From the NCBI GenBank assembly GCA_001443395.1, contig LDXK01000001.1, forward strand, positions 158,313-222,312: a stretch of DNA of 64,000 nt. Reading direction: 5' to 3'. This document shows positions 9,081 through 18,413 of this stretch, one piece after another. Made by a program: the position numbers and the translations under genes. The notes beneath the pieces are model-generated. The model worked only from the letters and a program-made list of their open reading frames with translations, had not been told where the DNA came from and made no database searches. Position 1 is the first letter of the stretch; every line of letters begins with the position of its first letter. Source of the stretch: a candidate division WWE3 bacterium CSP1-7. GTDB lineage: Bacteria > Patescibacteriota > WWE3 > 9FT-COMBO-53-11.

Positions 9081-9536
9081 TTAAAGTTCCCGCACCTCGT
9101 GGGAAATTAGGGTGGTGTTGTCGCGAAAAGTAAACTTTCCTTCGAAGCGCTTCCCTTCTAAAAGCAGCGGCAGCCAATGAGGATCATCTTTCCACATCGC
9201 ATCGTAAGGAATCTCTTCCACGAAGAACCACCGCGGCGCCATTTCCTCGGTCTCGGCCGGTTCTCCCTCAAAGTCTTCGGCCCGAAATACATGCACGTCC
9301 CAGTCGGGAGTCTCCCCGTCCTCAAAGAAGAAGTGCAGAATCCCATGGTGAACCGGGTCCTTGAGAACAACCCCGATCTCCTCCCGAGTCTCTCGCAGAA
9401 CGGCTTCCAACGGCGACTCCCCCGCTTCGATTTTTCCCCCGTATCCATTCCACCAACCCTTCCCAAAACTGCGCTTCTTCATCGCCAAGAGGACGCGATT
9501 ATTTTTGATGATAAATCCCAAAACAGCCGGGGTCAT
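9081..9536 (-). CDS. NUDIX hydrolase, 8-oxo-dGTPase (MTH1-like)
   Basis: GGKIEAGESPLEAVLRETREEIG Nudix box; MWKDDPHW. Confidence 0.9.
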   Translation of the reverse strand: MTPAVLGFIIKNNRVLLAMKKRSFGKGWWNGYGGKIEAGESPLEAVLRETREEIGVVLKDPVHHGILHFFFEDGETPDWDVHVFRAEDFEGEPAETEEMAPRWFFVEEIPYDAMWKDDPHWLPLLLEGKRFEGKFTFRDNTTLISHEVREL

Positions 9537-9548
9537 AATGTATTAATT

Positions 9549-11252
9549 CTAAACCAAAAACGCCGCGGGCGGCATCTCCACTCTGCCAAATTTCGCCAAC
9601 TTCTTTTTACCTTTCTTCTGCTCCTGCAGCTTTTTCATTTTCCGTTCCACGTGCCCGCCCGAGAGTTTAGCGAGAACATCCTTGCGGACGGCAGAAATAT
9701 CTTCCCGCGCCAGGATTTTCCCGGCCGATCGCGCCTGAATGGCGTAGGCAAACAACTGCCGCGGCAAAATTTCCTTCAGCTTCTTTAGTTTTTCGCGCCC
9801 CATCCGTTCCGCTTCGTCTCGGAGAACAATCTCGGTTAGGCCTTCTACCAGGTCCTCGTGGACAAGAATATCCAATTCAACCAGAGGAGCGGACCGGTAG
9901 TCCAAAAACTCCCAGGACAAGGAGGCATAGCCGTGCGAGATACTCTTCAATGCATCATAGAAACCGCGCACGAATTCCAAGAGCGGCAGCTCCGCGGAAA
10001 ATTTGAGCCGATTCCCCAGAGTTTCCGTCTCCCCCAACTTTCCCCGCCGCTCCGCCACCAGCCGCGCCACTCTTGCCAGATATTCCGAAGGGGTGAGAAC
10101 AGTGAGGAGGATCCAGGGCTCCTCTTCCAACCCCCGGAAAGATACTGTTGGCTTGGTCACCACCAACTCCAGCCCAAACTCCCGCGTCAGCCGCTCCCTC
10201 ACGATCTCAAGATGAAAAGTCCCCAAAAACCCGATCCGAAATCCCCGGCCAAAGGCGGTGGAAGAAATTTCCTCGATCGAAATCGCCGGCTCCTCGAGCC
10301 GGAGGGTTTGGAGCGCGCGGCGGAACTCCGCAAAATCGGAATTCTTGGCAAAGAAAGAGGCAAAGACATAAGACTGGGGCGGCTGGTAACCAGGCAACGC
10401 GGTTGTCTGGTTAGTCAAAACAACGGTGTCGCCGACCCGGACCTCTCGCGGATCACGGATTCCGGTCGCAATCGAGCCGATCTCTCCGGTCCGCAGAGCG
10501 AAAGTCGGTTTTCGGTCGGGGGAAAAATAGCCAATCTCCTTGACTTGAGCCGAGGCTTTGGTACCCAAAAACTTAACGGTCGGACGATTCGCGGACTCAA
10601 TTTCTCCATCAACCACCCGTACGTAGGCGATCGTTCCCAAATGCGGATCGAAGGTAGAATCAAAAACCAGTGCCCGGAATGGTTCGATAAGCTTGCCTTG
10701 CGGCGGCGGGATTCTTTCCACCACGGCTCGCAAAACTTCATCAATTCCCTCACCCTCAAGAGCGGAGAGCCGCAGGATTTCTCCTTCGATTCCCAAATCT
10801 CGCAACTCCTTTTCGGTTTCGGGGATCCGCGCCAATGGCGAATCAATTTTGTTGATCACGCCAACCACCGCCAGCCCTAACTCGCGAGCCGTCTCCAGGT
10901 GAGAGAGCGTCTGGGCCTGAACTCCTTGAGTGGCATCCACCAACAGAAGGACTCCCTCGCAGGCCGCCAGGGAGCGGGATACCTCGTAGGAGAAATCGGC
11001 GTGGCCGGGGGTGTCAATCATGTTGAGAGAATATTTGGCGGATAGCAGCTCAAAGGGGAGGCGGACGGCTTTTAGTTTGATGGTCACTCCCCGCTCCGTT
11101 TCCAGCTCCATCCGGTCGATCCGGGGGGTTTCCGTCTCGGCCGGGGGAAGCAGGCCCGTCCTCTCCATCAACCGATCAGCCAGGGTGGACTTGCCGTGGT
11201 CAATGTGAGCGATGATCGCAAAATTGCGGATGTTAGCTGTGGACGTGCTCAT
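9549..11252 (-). CDS. lepA: Elongation factor 4 (LepA)
   Basis: IRNFAIIAHIDHGKSTLADR, DTPGH, NKID, RKDVLAK. Confidence 0.95.
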   Translation of the reverse strand: MSTSTANIRNFAIIAHIDHGKSTLADRLMERTGLLPPAETETPRIDRMELETERGVTIKLKAVRLPFELLSAKYSLNMIDTPGHADFSYEVSRSLAACEGVLLLVDATQGVQAQTLSHLETARELGLAVVGVINKIDSPLARIPETEKELRDLGIEGEILRLSALEGEGIDEVLRAVVERIPPPQGKLIEPFRALVFDSTFDPHLGTIAYVRVVDGEIESANRPTVKFLGTKASAQVKEIGYFSPDRKPTFALRTGEIGSIATGIRDPREVRVGDTVVLTNQTTALPGYQPPQSYVFASFFAKNSDFAEFRRALQTLRLEEPAISIEEISSTAFGRGFRIGFLGTFHLEIVRERLTREFGLELVVTKPTVSFRGLEEEPWILLTVLTPSEYLARVARLVAERRGKLGETETLGNRLKFSAELPLLEFVRGFYDALKSISHGYASLSWEFLDYRSAPLVELDILVHEDLVEGLTEIVLRDEAERMGREKLKKLKEILPRQLFAYAIQARSAGKILAREDISAVRKDVLAKLSGGHVERKMKKLQEQKKGKKKLAKFGRVEMPPAAFLV

Positions 11253-12933
11253 GCTCTTCCGCCGCGGCGGGAACGATCGGCTTCCGGAAGCGGGTGATCC
11301 GCCGCCCTATCTGGGAGAAAATGGAAAGCTCCCGAACCCCCAGCAGCCGGCAAACCAATAGGTAAACCCCCACCCCCACCGCCCCCACAAACCCGGTCAG
11401 CATTATCAGGTTCTTGGTGTAGCGAGTGTCCAAGACAAAGGCCGACCATTCATCAGGAAGAGCAAAGCTCCCCAAGAAAGAGAGACCCCGGTCCCAGGCC
11501 GAGCGGTCGAAAACCTTCAGGACGACGTACATCACCAGGCCGGAAACCAGAGCGGCCGCCCCTACCCTGAGACCGGGGAGGATAAAATCCCGGAGAGAGA
11601 AACCGTTCCGCCGCGCCAGAATCACCCCCAGCACGGCGGCTTGGATCAGCGCCGAAAAGGCGAACGAAGCGGCCAGGCCCCAAACCGGCAGTCCCAGGAC
11701 CAGGATGGCGTAGGCCGAGAGGGAGATGTTCAGCACCACGTTGGTCATTTCTACCTTCATCGGAGTGAGGGTGTCGGAAAGAGCATAAAAGGCCCGAACG
11801 AAGTAGGTCGTCAGCGCCTGCCCCAGAATCCCGATGGCGAAGAGGGAGAGAGCGTAGCCGGTGAGAACGGTCGAATCCCAGGTGGATCGGGCGGCGCCGA
11901 AGGCCAGCCGGACCAACGGAATTCGCAAAACAGCGAGGGCCGCCGCCGCCGGCAGGATCAGGAAGATGATCTGGCGGAATGTGGTGAAAAAAGTTTCCCG
12001 AAACTCTTCCCTCTTCCCGGCTCGGTGGGAGAGGGCCGGCAGGGTGGCGTCCGCCAGGGCGAAGCCGAAGAGGGAAACCGGAAGCATCCCGAGGTGAAAG
12101 GCGAAGGTCAGGTATCCGTAAGAGGGGGTGGTGATCAGCGAGGCGAGGAAGAGATCCGAGGCCTTCAGCAGCTGGTTGGAGAGCAGATCCAGCACCCGCG
12201 GAGCCGCGAGCTTGATGATCCGCCTGACCCCGGGGTGGCGGAAATCCAACGACCCCACCGGCCGGAATCCCAACTTCACCGCCAGCGGAAGCTGAATCAC
12301 CAGATGCAACAGAGCGCCTATCACCGCTCCCCAGGCGGGAGCGTAGATCCCCAACGTCTTAGAAAGGAACACGATTCCGAGAATGATTGACAGATTGTAG
12401 AAGACCGGCGCCAAGGCCGGTACCAGAAACCGCTGGTAGGACTTCAGGATTCCGGTCAGAAAGGAGGAAATAACGAACAGCCCCTGGGTGAGCAGAAGCA
12501 CCCGCGTTAGCTGAGCCATCTGTGTGATCTCGGCGGGATTGAATCCGGGGGCGACGACCGCCGAGAAAGGCCGGGCAAAAACAAAAACCAGCACCGCCAG
12601 CCCCAAAAAGAGCAGGAGGGCGAGGTTCACCGCGATCCCCGCCACCCGCCAACCCTCCGCTTCCTTCCGGCGGGAAATGTACGAGATAAAAGTGGGGATG
12701 AACGCTGAGGAGAGCGCACCCATGATCAGAACATCGAACAGGGTGTCGGGAAGGCGAAAGGCCGCGAAATAGATGGAGATGTCGTTGCCGAAGAAGTAGT
12801 GAGCGAGGGCTCGGTCCCGAACCAGTCCCAACACCCGCGAAACCAAAATCGAGCCGCTCAGAACCACGGCCGCGGAGAGAATATCAACTTGGCGGGAAAA
12901 GAGAAAATCCCGAGCCTTACGGAATAGCCACAT
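11233..12933 (-). CDS. murJ: Lipid II flippase MurJ/MviN
   Basis: SRVLGLVRD, AAFRLPD, GALSSAFIP, RAFYAL.DT.TP. Confidence 0.93.
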   Translation of the reverse strand: MWLFRKARDFLFSRQVDILSAAVVLSGSILVSRVLGLVRDRALAHYFFGNDISIYFAAFRLPDTLFDVLIMGALSSAFIPTFISYISRRKEAEGWRVAGIAVNLALLLFLGLAVLVFVFARPFSAVVAPGFNPAEITQMAQLTRVLLLTQGLFVISSFLTGILKSYQRFLVPALAPVFYNLSIILGIVFLSKTLGIYAPAWGAVIGALLHLVIQLPLAVKLGFRPVGSLDFRHPGVRRIIKLAAPRVLDLLSNQLLKASDLFLASLITTPSYGYLTFAFHLGMLPVSLFGFALADATLPALSHRAGKREEFRETFFTTFRQIIFLILPAAAALAVLRIPLVRLAFGAARSTWDSTVLTGYALSLFAIGILGQALTTYFVRAFYALSDTLTPMKVEMTNVVLNISLSAYAILVLGLPVWGLAASFAFSALIQAAVLGVILARRNGFSLRDFILPGLRVGAAALVSGLVMYVVLKVFDRSAWDRGLSFLGSFALPDEWSAFVLDTRYTKNLIMLTGFVGAVGVGVYLLVCRLLGVRELSIFSQIGRRITRFRKPIVPAAAEEHEHVHS

Positions 12934-12958
12934 GCGATAAAATGCTAACATAACACTG

Positions 12959-13186
12959 ATGCCACACCTGAAAAGTGCCTACAAAAACCTTCGCAAGAGC
13001 CGCCGCAAAACGGTCATCAATCTGAAGGCCAAAAATAACCTGAAGAAAGCTCTCAAGGGACCGCTGACGCTCAAAACATCCGCCGCGGTCACAAAAGCGA
13101 TTGACAAGGCCGCCAAACGCGGCATTATCTCCGACAACAAAGCGGCTCGGCTGAAAAGCAATTTGAGCAAAAAGATTAAAAAATAA
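12959..13186 (+). CDS. rpsT: 30S ribosomal protein S20
   Basis: MPHLKSAYK...IDKAAKRGII..NKAARLKS. Confidence 0.95.
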   Translation: MPHLKSAYKNLRKSRRKTVINLKAKNNLKKALKGPLTLKTSAAVTKAIDKAAKRGIISDNKAARLKSNLSKKIKK

Positions 13187-13188
13187 TG

Positions 13189-13273
13189 GACGGCCGCCTG
13201 CGGCGACCTAGATTCGGTGAATGGCCGAATAACGGCCGCCTGCGGCGATCTAACATTTTGAAGAGACAAAATG
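13189..13273 (-). mobile_element. Two tandem family-A elements rebuilding the next gene's ATG
   Basis: ATG|GACGG-hp-CCTAG-stemloop|AACGG-hp-TCTAA-CATTTTG..CAAAATG|GCA. Confidence 0.8.
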
Positions 13274-13831
13274 GCAGAGCCAACACCCTCGACCGCCAAG
13301 GAAAGCATTGAACTCCTTCCTCCTCTAACCAAAACCGGGAAAGCCAAAGTCATCTCCTTTTGGGCGCGCACCGCCGGCATTCCTTTGATTATTATTCTGC
13401 AGCTGACTTTTTTGGGAATTTTTTCTTTCCGGGCAAAGCTGGGAATGGATCTGTTAAAGCTCTCTACATCGGTGGTCGAGAAAGAAAAGATCGTGGCGGA
13501 TGCCGCCGATTTCGAACAAACCTTCCGCAAAACCCAGCGCAAGCTGGAACAGATCGCTCAGGTCGGGAATGGGCTTTGCGTTTCCTGTACCATCGAAACC
13601 CTCAACAAAATCAAGCCTGCCGCCGTAATCCTGAACACCCTCAGCTTGGAAGGAGAGAAAATTCAGTTGATTGCGGAAACGCCGCAGGGCCTGACTTTCG
13701 CCACCTTCGTTACCAACATCATTAAAGATGAAGGAATTCGCGAGGCCCTCATCACTTCAGGGAGCCTCAACCGGGAAGGAAACTTTGTCTTCACGATGGA
13801 ACTGGTTATGGACAAGGACAAGATTAAATAA
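13271..13831 (+). CDS. PilN-like type IV pilus alignment protein
   Basis: Single TM, coiled coil, C-terminal alpha/beta domain; adjacent PilO-like gene. Confidence 0.55.
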   Translation: MAEPTPSTAKESIELLPPLTKTGKAKVISFWARTAGIPLIIILQLTFLGIFSFRAKLGMDLLKLSTSVVEKEKIVADAADFEQTFRKTQRKLEQIAQVGNGLCVSCTIETLNKIKPAAVILNTLSLEGEKIQLIAETPQGLTFATFVTNIIKDEGIREALITSGSLNREGNFVFTMELVMDKDKIK

Positions 13832-13848
13832 ATGAGATGATTGGTTAC

Positions 13849-13934
13849 TTTTGCAAAGCAAAATTGCAACCGAGCGTAGCGAGGACAGCACATTTGCAAA
13901 GCAAAATTGCAACCGAGCGTAGCGAGGACAGCAC
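13849..13934 (+). mobile_element. Two tandem 43-bp family-B elements
   Basis: (T/A)TTTGCAAAGCAAAATTGCAACCGAGCGTAGCGAGGACAGCAC x2. Confidence 0.85.
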
Positions 13935-13946
13935 TACTACTAAAAG

Positions 13947-14525
13947 ATGATTGGTTACTACTACTATTTGACAAAAATAAGGCCTTATTTCACCCAAACC
14001 GAGAAGACGGACTACACCCTAATCGCTTTCTCGCTGTTAACGGTTCTGGTTTTTGGATTTTTGGGTATCCGGCCGCTGGCGGCGGCGGCGCTGAAAGCCT
14101 ACGCCCAGCTCCGGGAGGGCGAGCGCTACGAGAACGAGCTGACTGAAAAAATTATTGCCCTCAACCAGGCTGGGAATTCTTTCTTCTCTTCCGCCGAAGT
14201 CTCCCAGCTCGGAACCATTATTCCGGAAGGCCACACCCAACCCCAGATCATCCAGGCGTTGGACAACGATGCCGTTTCGGCCGGCTTTCAGCTGAAGTCG
14301 GTGGTCTTTCGCCCCCAAGAAAAAACGGTCTCCCAGAGGGAGATTAATTTTTATGTTTTTGACTTTTTCGCCTCCGGTCCCCAAAAGTCCCTGGTCGCTT
14401 TTATCAAAGAGCTGGAGAAGGGTCAGTTGATCCAAATCGAGTTTTTCCAAACTTCGCTCCGCCGGGAAGAGGGGGGTACCTCGTTGGAGGTTGTCGGGCG
14501 GGGAAAGGCGTTCTATCTGCAATGA
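13947..14525 (+). CDS. PilO-like protein
   Basis: TM ending GIRP, coiled coil, IP motif, FIKELEK. Confidence 0.6.
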   Translation: MIGYYYYLTKIRPYFTQTEKTDYTLIAFSLLTVLVFGFLGIRPLAAAALKAYAQLREGERYENELTEKIIALNQAGNSFFSSAEVSQLGTIIPEGHTQPQIIQALDNDAVSAGFQLKSVVFRPQEKTVSQREINFYVFDFFASGPQKSLVAFIKELEKGQLIQIEFFQTSLRREEGGTSLEVVGRGKAFYLQ

Positions 14526-14686
14526 CCAAGGAATTGGGAATCATTTTGACCTTAACTCTGATCGCGGTCCTGTCTTGGGTCGGTTGGCTCTTTTTTGAGG
14601 GCGCCAGCGGACTGGACCAAATCGACTATTCGAAAAAGGTGATCGAACCGCTCAACCCGATCCTGCGCACCGACATTCTTCAATAA
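14522..14686 (+). CDS. Small single-TM protein (54 aa)
   Basis: MTKELGIILTLTLIAVLSWVGW...IEPLNPILRTDILQ; ATGA overlap with pilO-like stop. Confidence 0.65.
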   Translation: MTKELGIILTLTLIAVLSWVGWLFFEGASGLDQIDYSKKVIEPLNPILRTDILQ

Positions 14687-14687
14687 T

Positions 14688-15347
14688 CTACCCAATAATA
14701 CGGTGAATTAAGAGGTCCAGAGGCCGCTTCCTACCCTGCTTGCGGTGGCGGTCTTCCTCCAGGACGGCGGAGAGAGAACGGCGCAGTTCATCCAGACTCC
14801 AATCGCCCGTATATTTCTGAAGCTTCTGGACGACATAGGGATTGATGCCCCTCACTGCCTTGCTCTTCACCCGCACCAGTGATCGCAGCTGCCAGACAAT
14901 CATTTTCAAAATGAAATCAAAATCCTGGCCCTCCTGGAGAAGCCGCCGCGCTTGGATCATGGCGTTCTTACGACGGCGGCCGACGATCGCATCCAAAAGC
15001 GGAAAAACGTTTTTAGGAATCTGGGGATCAAAAAAGAAGACCTTTGCGCCGGAAAATTTATCTAATTCTCCGGGCGGAAGGCGGTGCGGAAAAACCAGAG
15101 CCAGGTCCTGCACTCCCTTCTCCCATTCCGAAAGCCGGGGTTTGGAAAGTTCTTTCAAAGGCGGTTCCTCCCAGATGACAAGTTGGCGTTGATTGGATCT
15201 TTCAAAAAGGGAGGATGAAACAAGTCTCTGCGCGAGTCCTTTCGAATCTTTTTCTTCCCAGAAGAGGGCGGAACCGTACTGGTGCTTAAACCTCAACAGG
15301 TTTTCCCGAAGTACCGGCTGGTCCTCTCCGTGGAAGACAAAAATCAC
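14688..15347 (-). CDS. holA: DNA polymerase III delta-like subunit (short)
   Basis: MIFVFHGED start, NVFPLLDAI, INPYVVQK. Confidence 0.7.
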   Translation of the reverse strand: MIFVFHGEDQPVLRENLLRFKHQYGSALFWEEKDSKGLAQRLVSSSLFERSNQRQLVIWEEPPLKELSKPRLSEWEKGVQDLALVFPHRLPPGELDKFSGAKVFFFDPQIPKNVFPLLDAIVGRRRKNAMIQARRLLQEGQDFDFILKMIVWQLRSLVRVKSKAVRGINPYVVQKLQKYTGDWSLDELRRSLSAVLEEDRHRKQGRKRPLDLLIHRIIG

Positions 15348-16426
15348 GGTTTGCCCCCCGAGTCGGCTCCGGAATTAGTGCCAAAGAAAAGCTTCTGCAC
15401 CGCCGCTTGGATCTTGGTGTAGTAGGTTTCCCCCTCCTTGGGAACGATCACGTAACCAATTCCGTACAATGAATTGTCGGGGTGGTAAACCAATCCCGAG
15501 TCGGGGTCGAGAACCAAGCTCTTAATCTGGGGGATCTCCCCGAGCTTGGCCCCAACTTCCAGCGCACGTTTGATCTCGCCGAAACTGGCATTGGTCCTAA
15601 CGGCGGTAGTGATCTGCTGGTACAACTTGCTCAACTTGCTGGGATTAAGCAAAAGATCCAGCGACATAACCTTTTCCTTCACGGCCACAATTACTTTCTG
15701 CTGGCGACGGGCCCGATCAAAATCGCCCAGAGCGGTGCCGTGTCGCGAACGGGCGAACTCCAGGGCTTTTTCTCCGTTCATAACCTGCGTTCCTTTTTTG
15801 AAGCTGATGCACTTGTAGCCGTAATTGGGGGTCGGGTAGGCACAATCCTTAAAAGCGGTATCCACGGTCACGCTTATTCCTCCCAAAGTATCAATGATCT
15901 CCTTGAAACCCTCAAAGTTCACCACCACCCAGTAAGGGATCTTAATTCCTAGGACTTCCTCTATTTTTGACTTTGAAAAATCCACTCCCTTTTGGATATC
16001 GAACTTTCCATCCTTTTTGATACCTCCGTAGTTATAGACCGTGGTTATCTTTACCCGGTTAGGAATTTTTACCATGAAGTCGCGCGGGATTGAAATCAGA
16101 GCCGGGTCACCCTCCAAGATAGAAATCGAACCCACCAAAATTGTGTCGGTCAGGCCACTGAAACCATCTGTTCTCGTGTCTAGACCCAAAACCAGCACGT
16201 TCACCCGGCCATCAACTTCGACTAGTTTCGTTGGTTCAAGCAGCTGGGCAAAAAAAGAAACCGGGGCCAGCAGGCTCTGCACAAAAGGGGTCCGGGAAAA
16301 CGCCAACAGGCCTCCGCCCAGCACCAGCAGGATCGCCAGCGGGACCAGCCAGCGCTTTAGCTTTCGGCCCCGTTTCGGCCGATGGGCATCGAGATCAAGA
16401 TACTTTGTCATATATTTCCTCCTCAT
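15344..16426 (-). CDS. LCP (LytR-CpsA-Psr) family protein
   Basis: NVLVLGLD, TDTI, SIPRD, ARSRH, DFDRARRQQ. Confidence 0.92.
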   Translation of the reverse strand: MRRKYMTKYLDLDAHRPKRGRKLKRWLVPLAILLVLGGGLLAFSRTPFVQSLLAPVSFFAQLLEPTKLVEVDGRVNVLVLGLDTRTDGFSGLTDTILVGSISILEGDPALISIPRDFMVKIPNRVKITTVYNYGGIKKDGKFDIQKGVDFSKSKIEEVLGIKIPYWVVVNFEGFKEIIDTLGGISVTVDTAFKDCAYPTPNYGYKCISFKKGTQVMNGEKALEFARSRHGTALGDFDRARRQQKVIVAVKEKVMSLDLLLNPSKLSKLYQQITTAVRTNASFGEIKRALEVGAKLGEIPQIKSLVLDPDSGLVYHPDNSLYGIGYVIVPKEGETYYTKIQAAVQKLFFGTNSGADSGGKP

Positions 16427-18014
16427 AGATTTGAATCATCTCTCCCAACTTTTTCCGTTCCATAATTCCTTGGGGAGAAGGGACCTTGGACAGCTTCTCG
16501 GGAATTTTAACATCTGCGGGACGAAATCCCGTCCGCCGCTGCAAAACCAGTTTCTGCCGAAAGATATCTCGGGCGATTTTCTGCAGATGTTCGTGGGAAA
16601 AATCCGCCCCCAGCGCCCGAAGGGCGGCAAAGGAAGTGGCAGGGTCCTCGAAAACCGAGGCCAGATAACCGCAACCGACCAAGGTCTCCGCCAGAGTTTT
16701 GGGATACTGGGTTTCCATCAATCGGTGGACCAGATCGGCCGGCTCAATTTCCTGTTCCAGAAGATCCAGATCAAGTAGGAATCCCCGGTTCTCCTCGGTG
16801 GTTGCTCCCAGTTGAAGTACTTGAGAGAGGATGGAAGCGTAACCATTGAAGTAGGGAAGGATCCCTAGACCGGCGATCCCCAAGGATCGAGAGTGGGTCG
16901 GCACGGACTCTCGAAGATCGCGGGCCCATTGTTCGCGTCCCGCAAACAGCGCTTCGATGAGCGTCAGATAGGTCTCTTCGTTGCCGAACTCCAAGCCCTC
17001 TTTTTCCGTCAAGTAAGCCAGAATAGTTCCTAAGCAGACCGGGTCCAGCCCCAACCCCCAAACTCTTTCGATCAAGGAAGAGATCATCCGAGGTTCGAAG
17101 ATTCCCAAGAGCGGGCCCAACGCCACCACACTCTCGTAGTCGTAGGGGGTAGAATTCTGCTGGCCTTTGAGAAGGTGGATACAACCAACCGGACATCCGC
17201 CGCAGGCCACCCGACGGGCGGCGACGGTTTCCGCAAAGGCCGGGGCCAACAGCTCTTCTCCCGGCAGATTGGATTCCGCCAAATTATTGACCGGAACAGC
17301 GGCAATTTTTTTCTCGACCGCCAGATTGCGGAGAGTTCCCAATTGAGAGAGTTCCCGGTATCCCTGCATTTTTCGAGAGAGGGATTCGAAAACTTCTTGA
17401 TAGCGGCGCTCGTCGGCGAAGCCCTCGCTTTTCTCTCCGGCGATTGTCATAATCTTGAAATTTTTCTGCGCCCAGGCCCGACCGAACCCGCCCCGAGGGA
17501 AAGAGAAGAATTCATCCAGGTAGAGAGGGGAGTAACCTATCCCCTGTTCGGCGGCCGGGCCGGTCGCCAGAACCGACTGCTTGCCGGGAACTCCCACCGA
17601 GGAAGAAACCAGCTCAAAAACTTTGGGAGTCTCCAATCCCAAAAAACGGCTGGCGTCGGCGAATTCGATTCTGTCCTCGTCCACCGTCACCATCGTCGGC
17701 GAAGCGGCTTTCCCCAAAATCACTACGCCCTGGTAACCGGCGGCGCGCAGAAATCGAGCGAGATTACCTCCGGCGAAGGAGGTCGCGAGAAACCCCGTCT
17801 GGGGAGAGCGAAAAACCGCCACCGTTTTCGAAACGCCGGGAAAAATCGCGCTCAGCGGACCTCCTGCCAACACGATCGGCTCTTCCTCGAAAAACTGCTC
17901 GTAGAGCGCCAGCGCCCAACCCAGCCCCCCTACCAGAGGAATAAGCTCTTGATATGATTTGACCTCAAAGGTGCGGGAGGTGAGATTTATCTGCAAAAAA
18001 GTTGGTGCGACCAT
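16395..18014 (-). CDS. Aldehyde:ferredoxin oxidoreductase family protein
   Basis: GGLG, SPQTG...S..GG, TGPAAE, CGGCPVGC, YES, GLD. Confidence 0.85.
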   Translation of the reverse strand: MVAPTFLQINLTSRTFEVKSYQELIPLVGGLGWALALYEQFFEEEPIVLAGGPLSAIFPGVSKTVAVFRSPQTGFLATSFAGGNLARFLRAAGYQGVVILGKAASPTMVTVDEDRIEFADASRFLGLETPKVFELVSSSVGVPGKQSVLATGPAAEQGIGYSPLYLDEFFSFPRGGFGRAWAQKNFKIMTIAGEKSEGFADERRYQEVFESLSRKMQGYRELSQLGTLRNLAVEKKIAAVPVNNLAESNLPGEELLAPAFAETVAARRVACGGCPVGCIHLLKGQQNSTPYDYESVVALGPLLGIFEPRMISSLIERVWGLGLDPVCLGTILAYLTEKEGLEFGNEETYLTLIEALFAGREQWARDLRESVPTHSRSLGIAGLGILPYFNGYASILSQVLQLGATTEENRGFLLDLDLLEQEIEPADLVHRLMETQYPKTLAETLVGCGYLASVFEDPATSFAALRALGADFSHEHLQKIARDIFRQKLVLQRRTGFRPADVKIPEKLSKVPSPQGIMERKKLGEMIQIYEEEIYDKVS

Positions 18015-18019
18015 TGGAT

Positions 18020-18256
18020 TTACTCGCTGATCTCGTAGCAATTTTCCGGACAGACGTCGCGAATTTCGGGATAGTCGGTTTTTTGGCCGTAGTCAATCAC
18101 CGCCCGAAAATAAGGCTGGCCCGCGGAAACCTTCCGGATCTGCAGAAAAGAGGCGGCGTAGGAGAGTTTTTTCTTAGTGATTCTGGCCGCCAGAAGTTCA
18201 CAGAGCCCGCAACCGGTGCAGCGCTCCATCCGCGTCGGCTTAAGTATTTTAGTCAT
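18020..18256 (-). CDS. Small 4Fe-4S ferredoxin-like protein
   Basis: CTGCGLC and CPENC. Confidence 0.8.
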   Translation of the reverse strand: MTKILKPTRMERCTGCGLCELLAARITKKKLSYAASFLQIRKVSAGQPYFRAVIDYGQKTDYPEIRDVCPENCYEISE

Positions 18257-18413
18257 CAAGGGTAAGTATAGGGTAAAAGGTAGAAGGTATAAAGATTAAG
18301 AGGCACGCAGGGAAGTAGTTTTGAGGAACATCCCGCAGGTCCGACGGGAGGAGGGCGAAGCGACCTGTTAAGCAGACAGGGACGCTGTTTCCGAAAAAAT
18401 GCGACCCGAGTGC

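Noticed and set aside
13849-13934. CRISPR array
   Set aside because: Two abutting 43-bp units with no spacer, dispersed single copies elsewhere, and no cas genes
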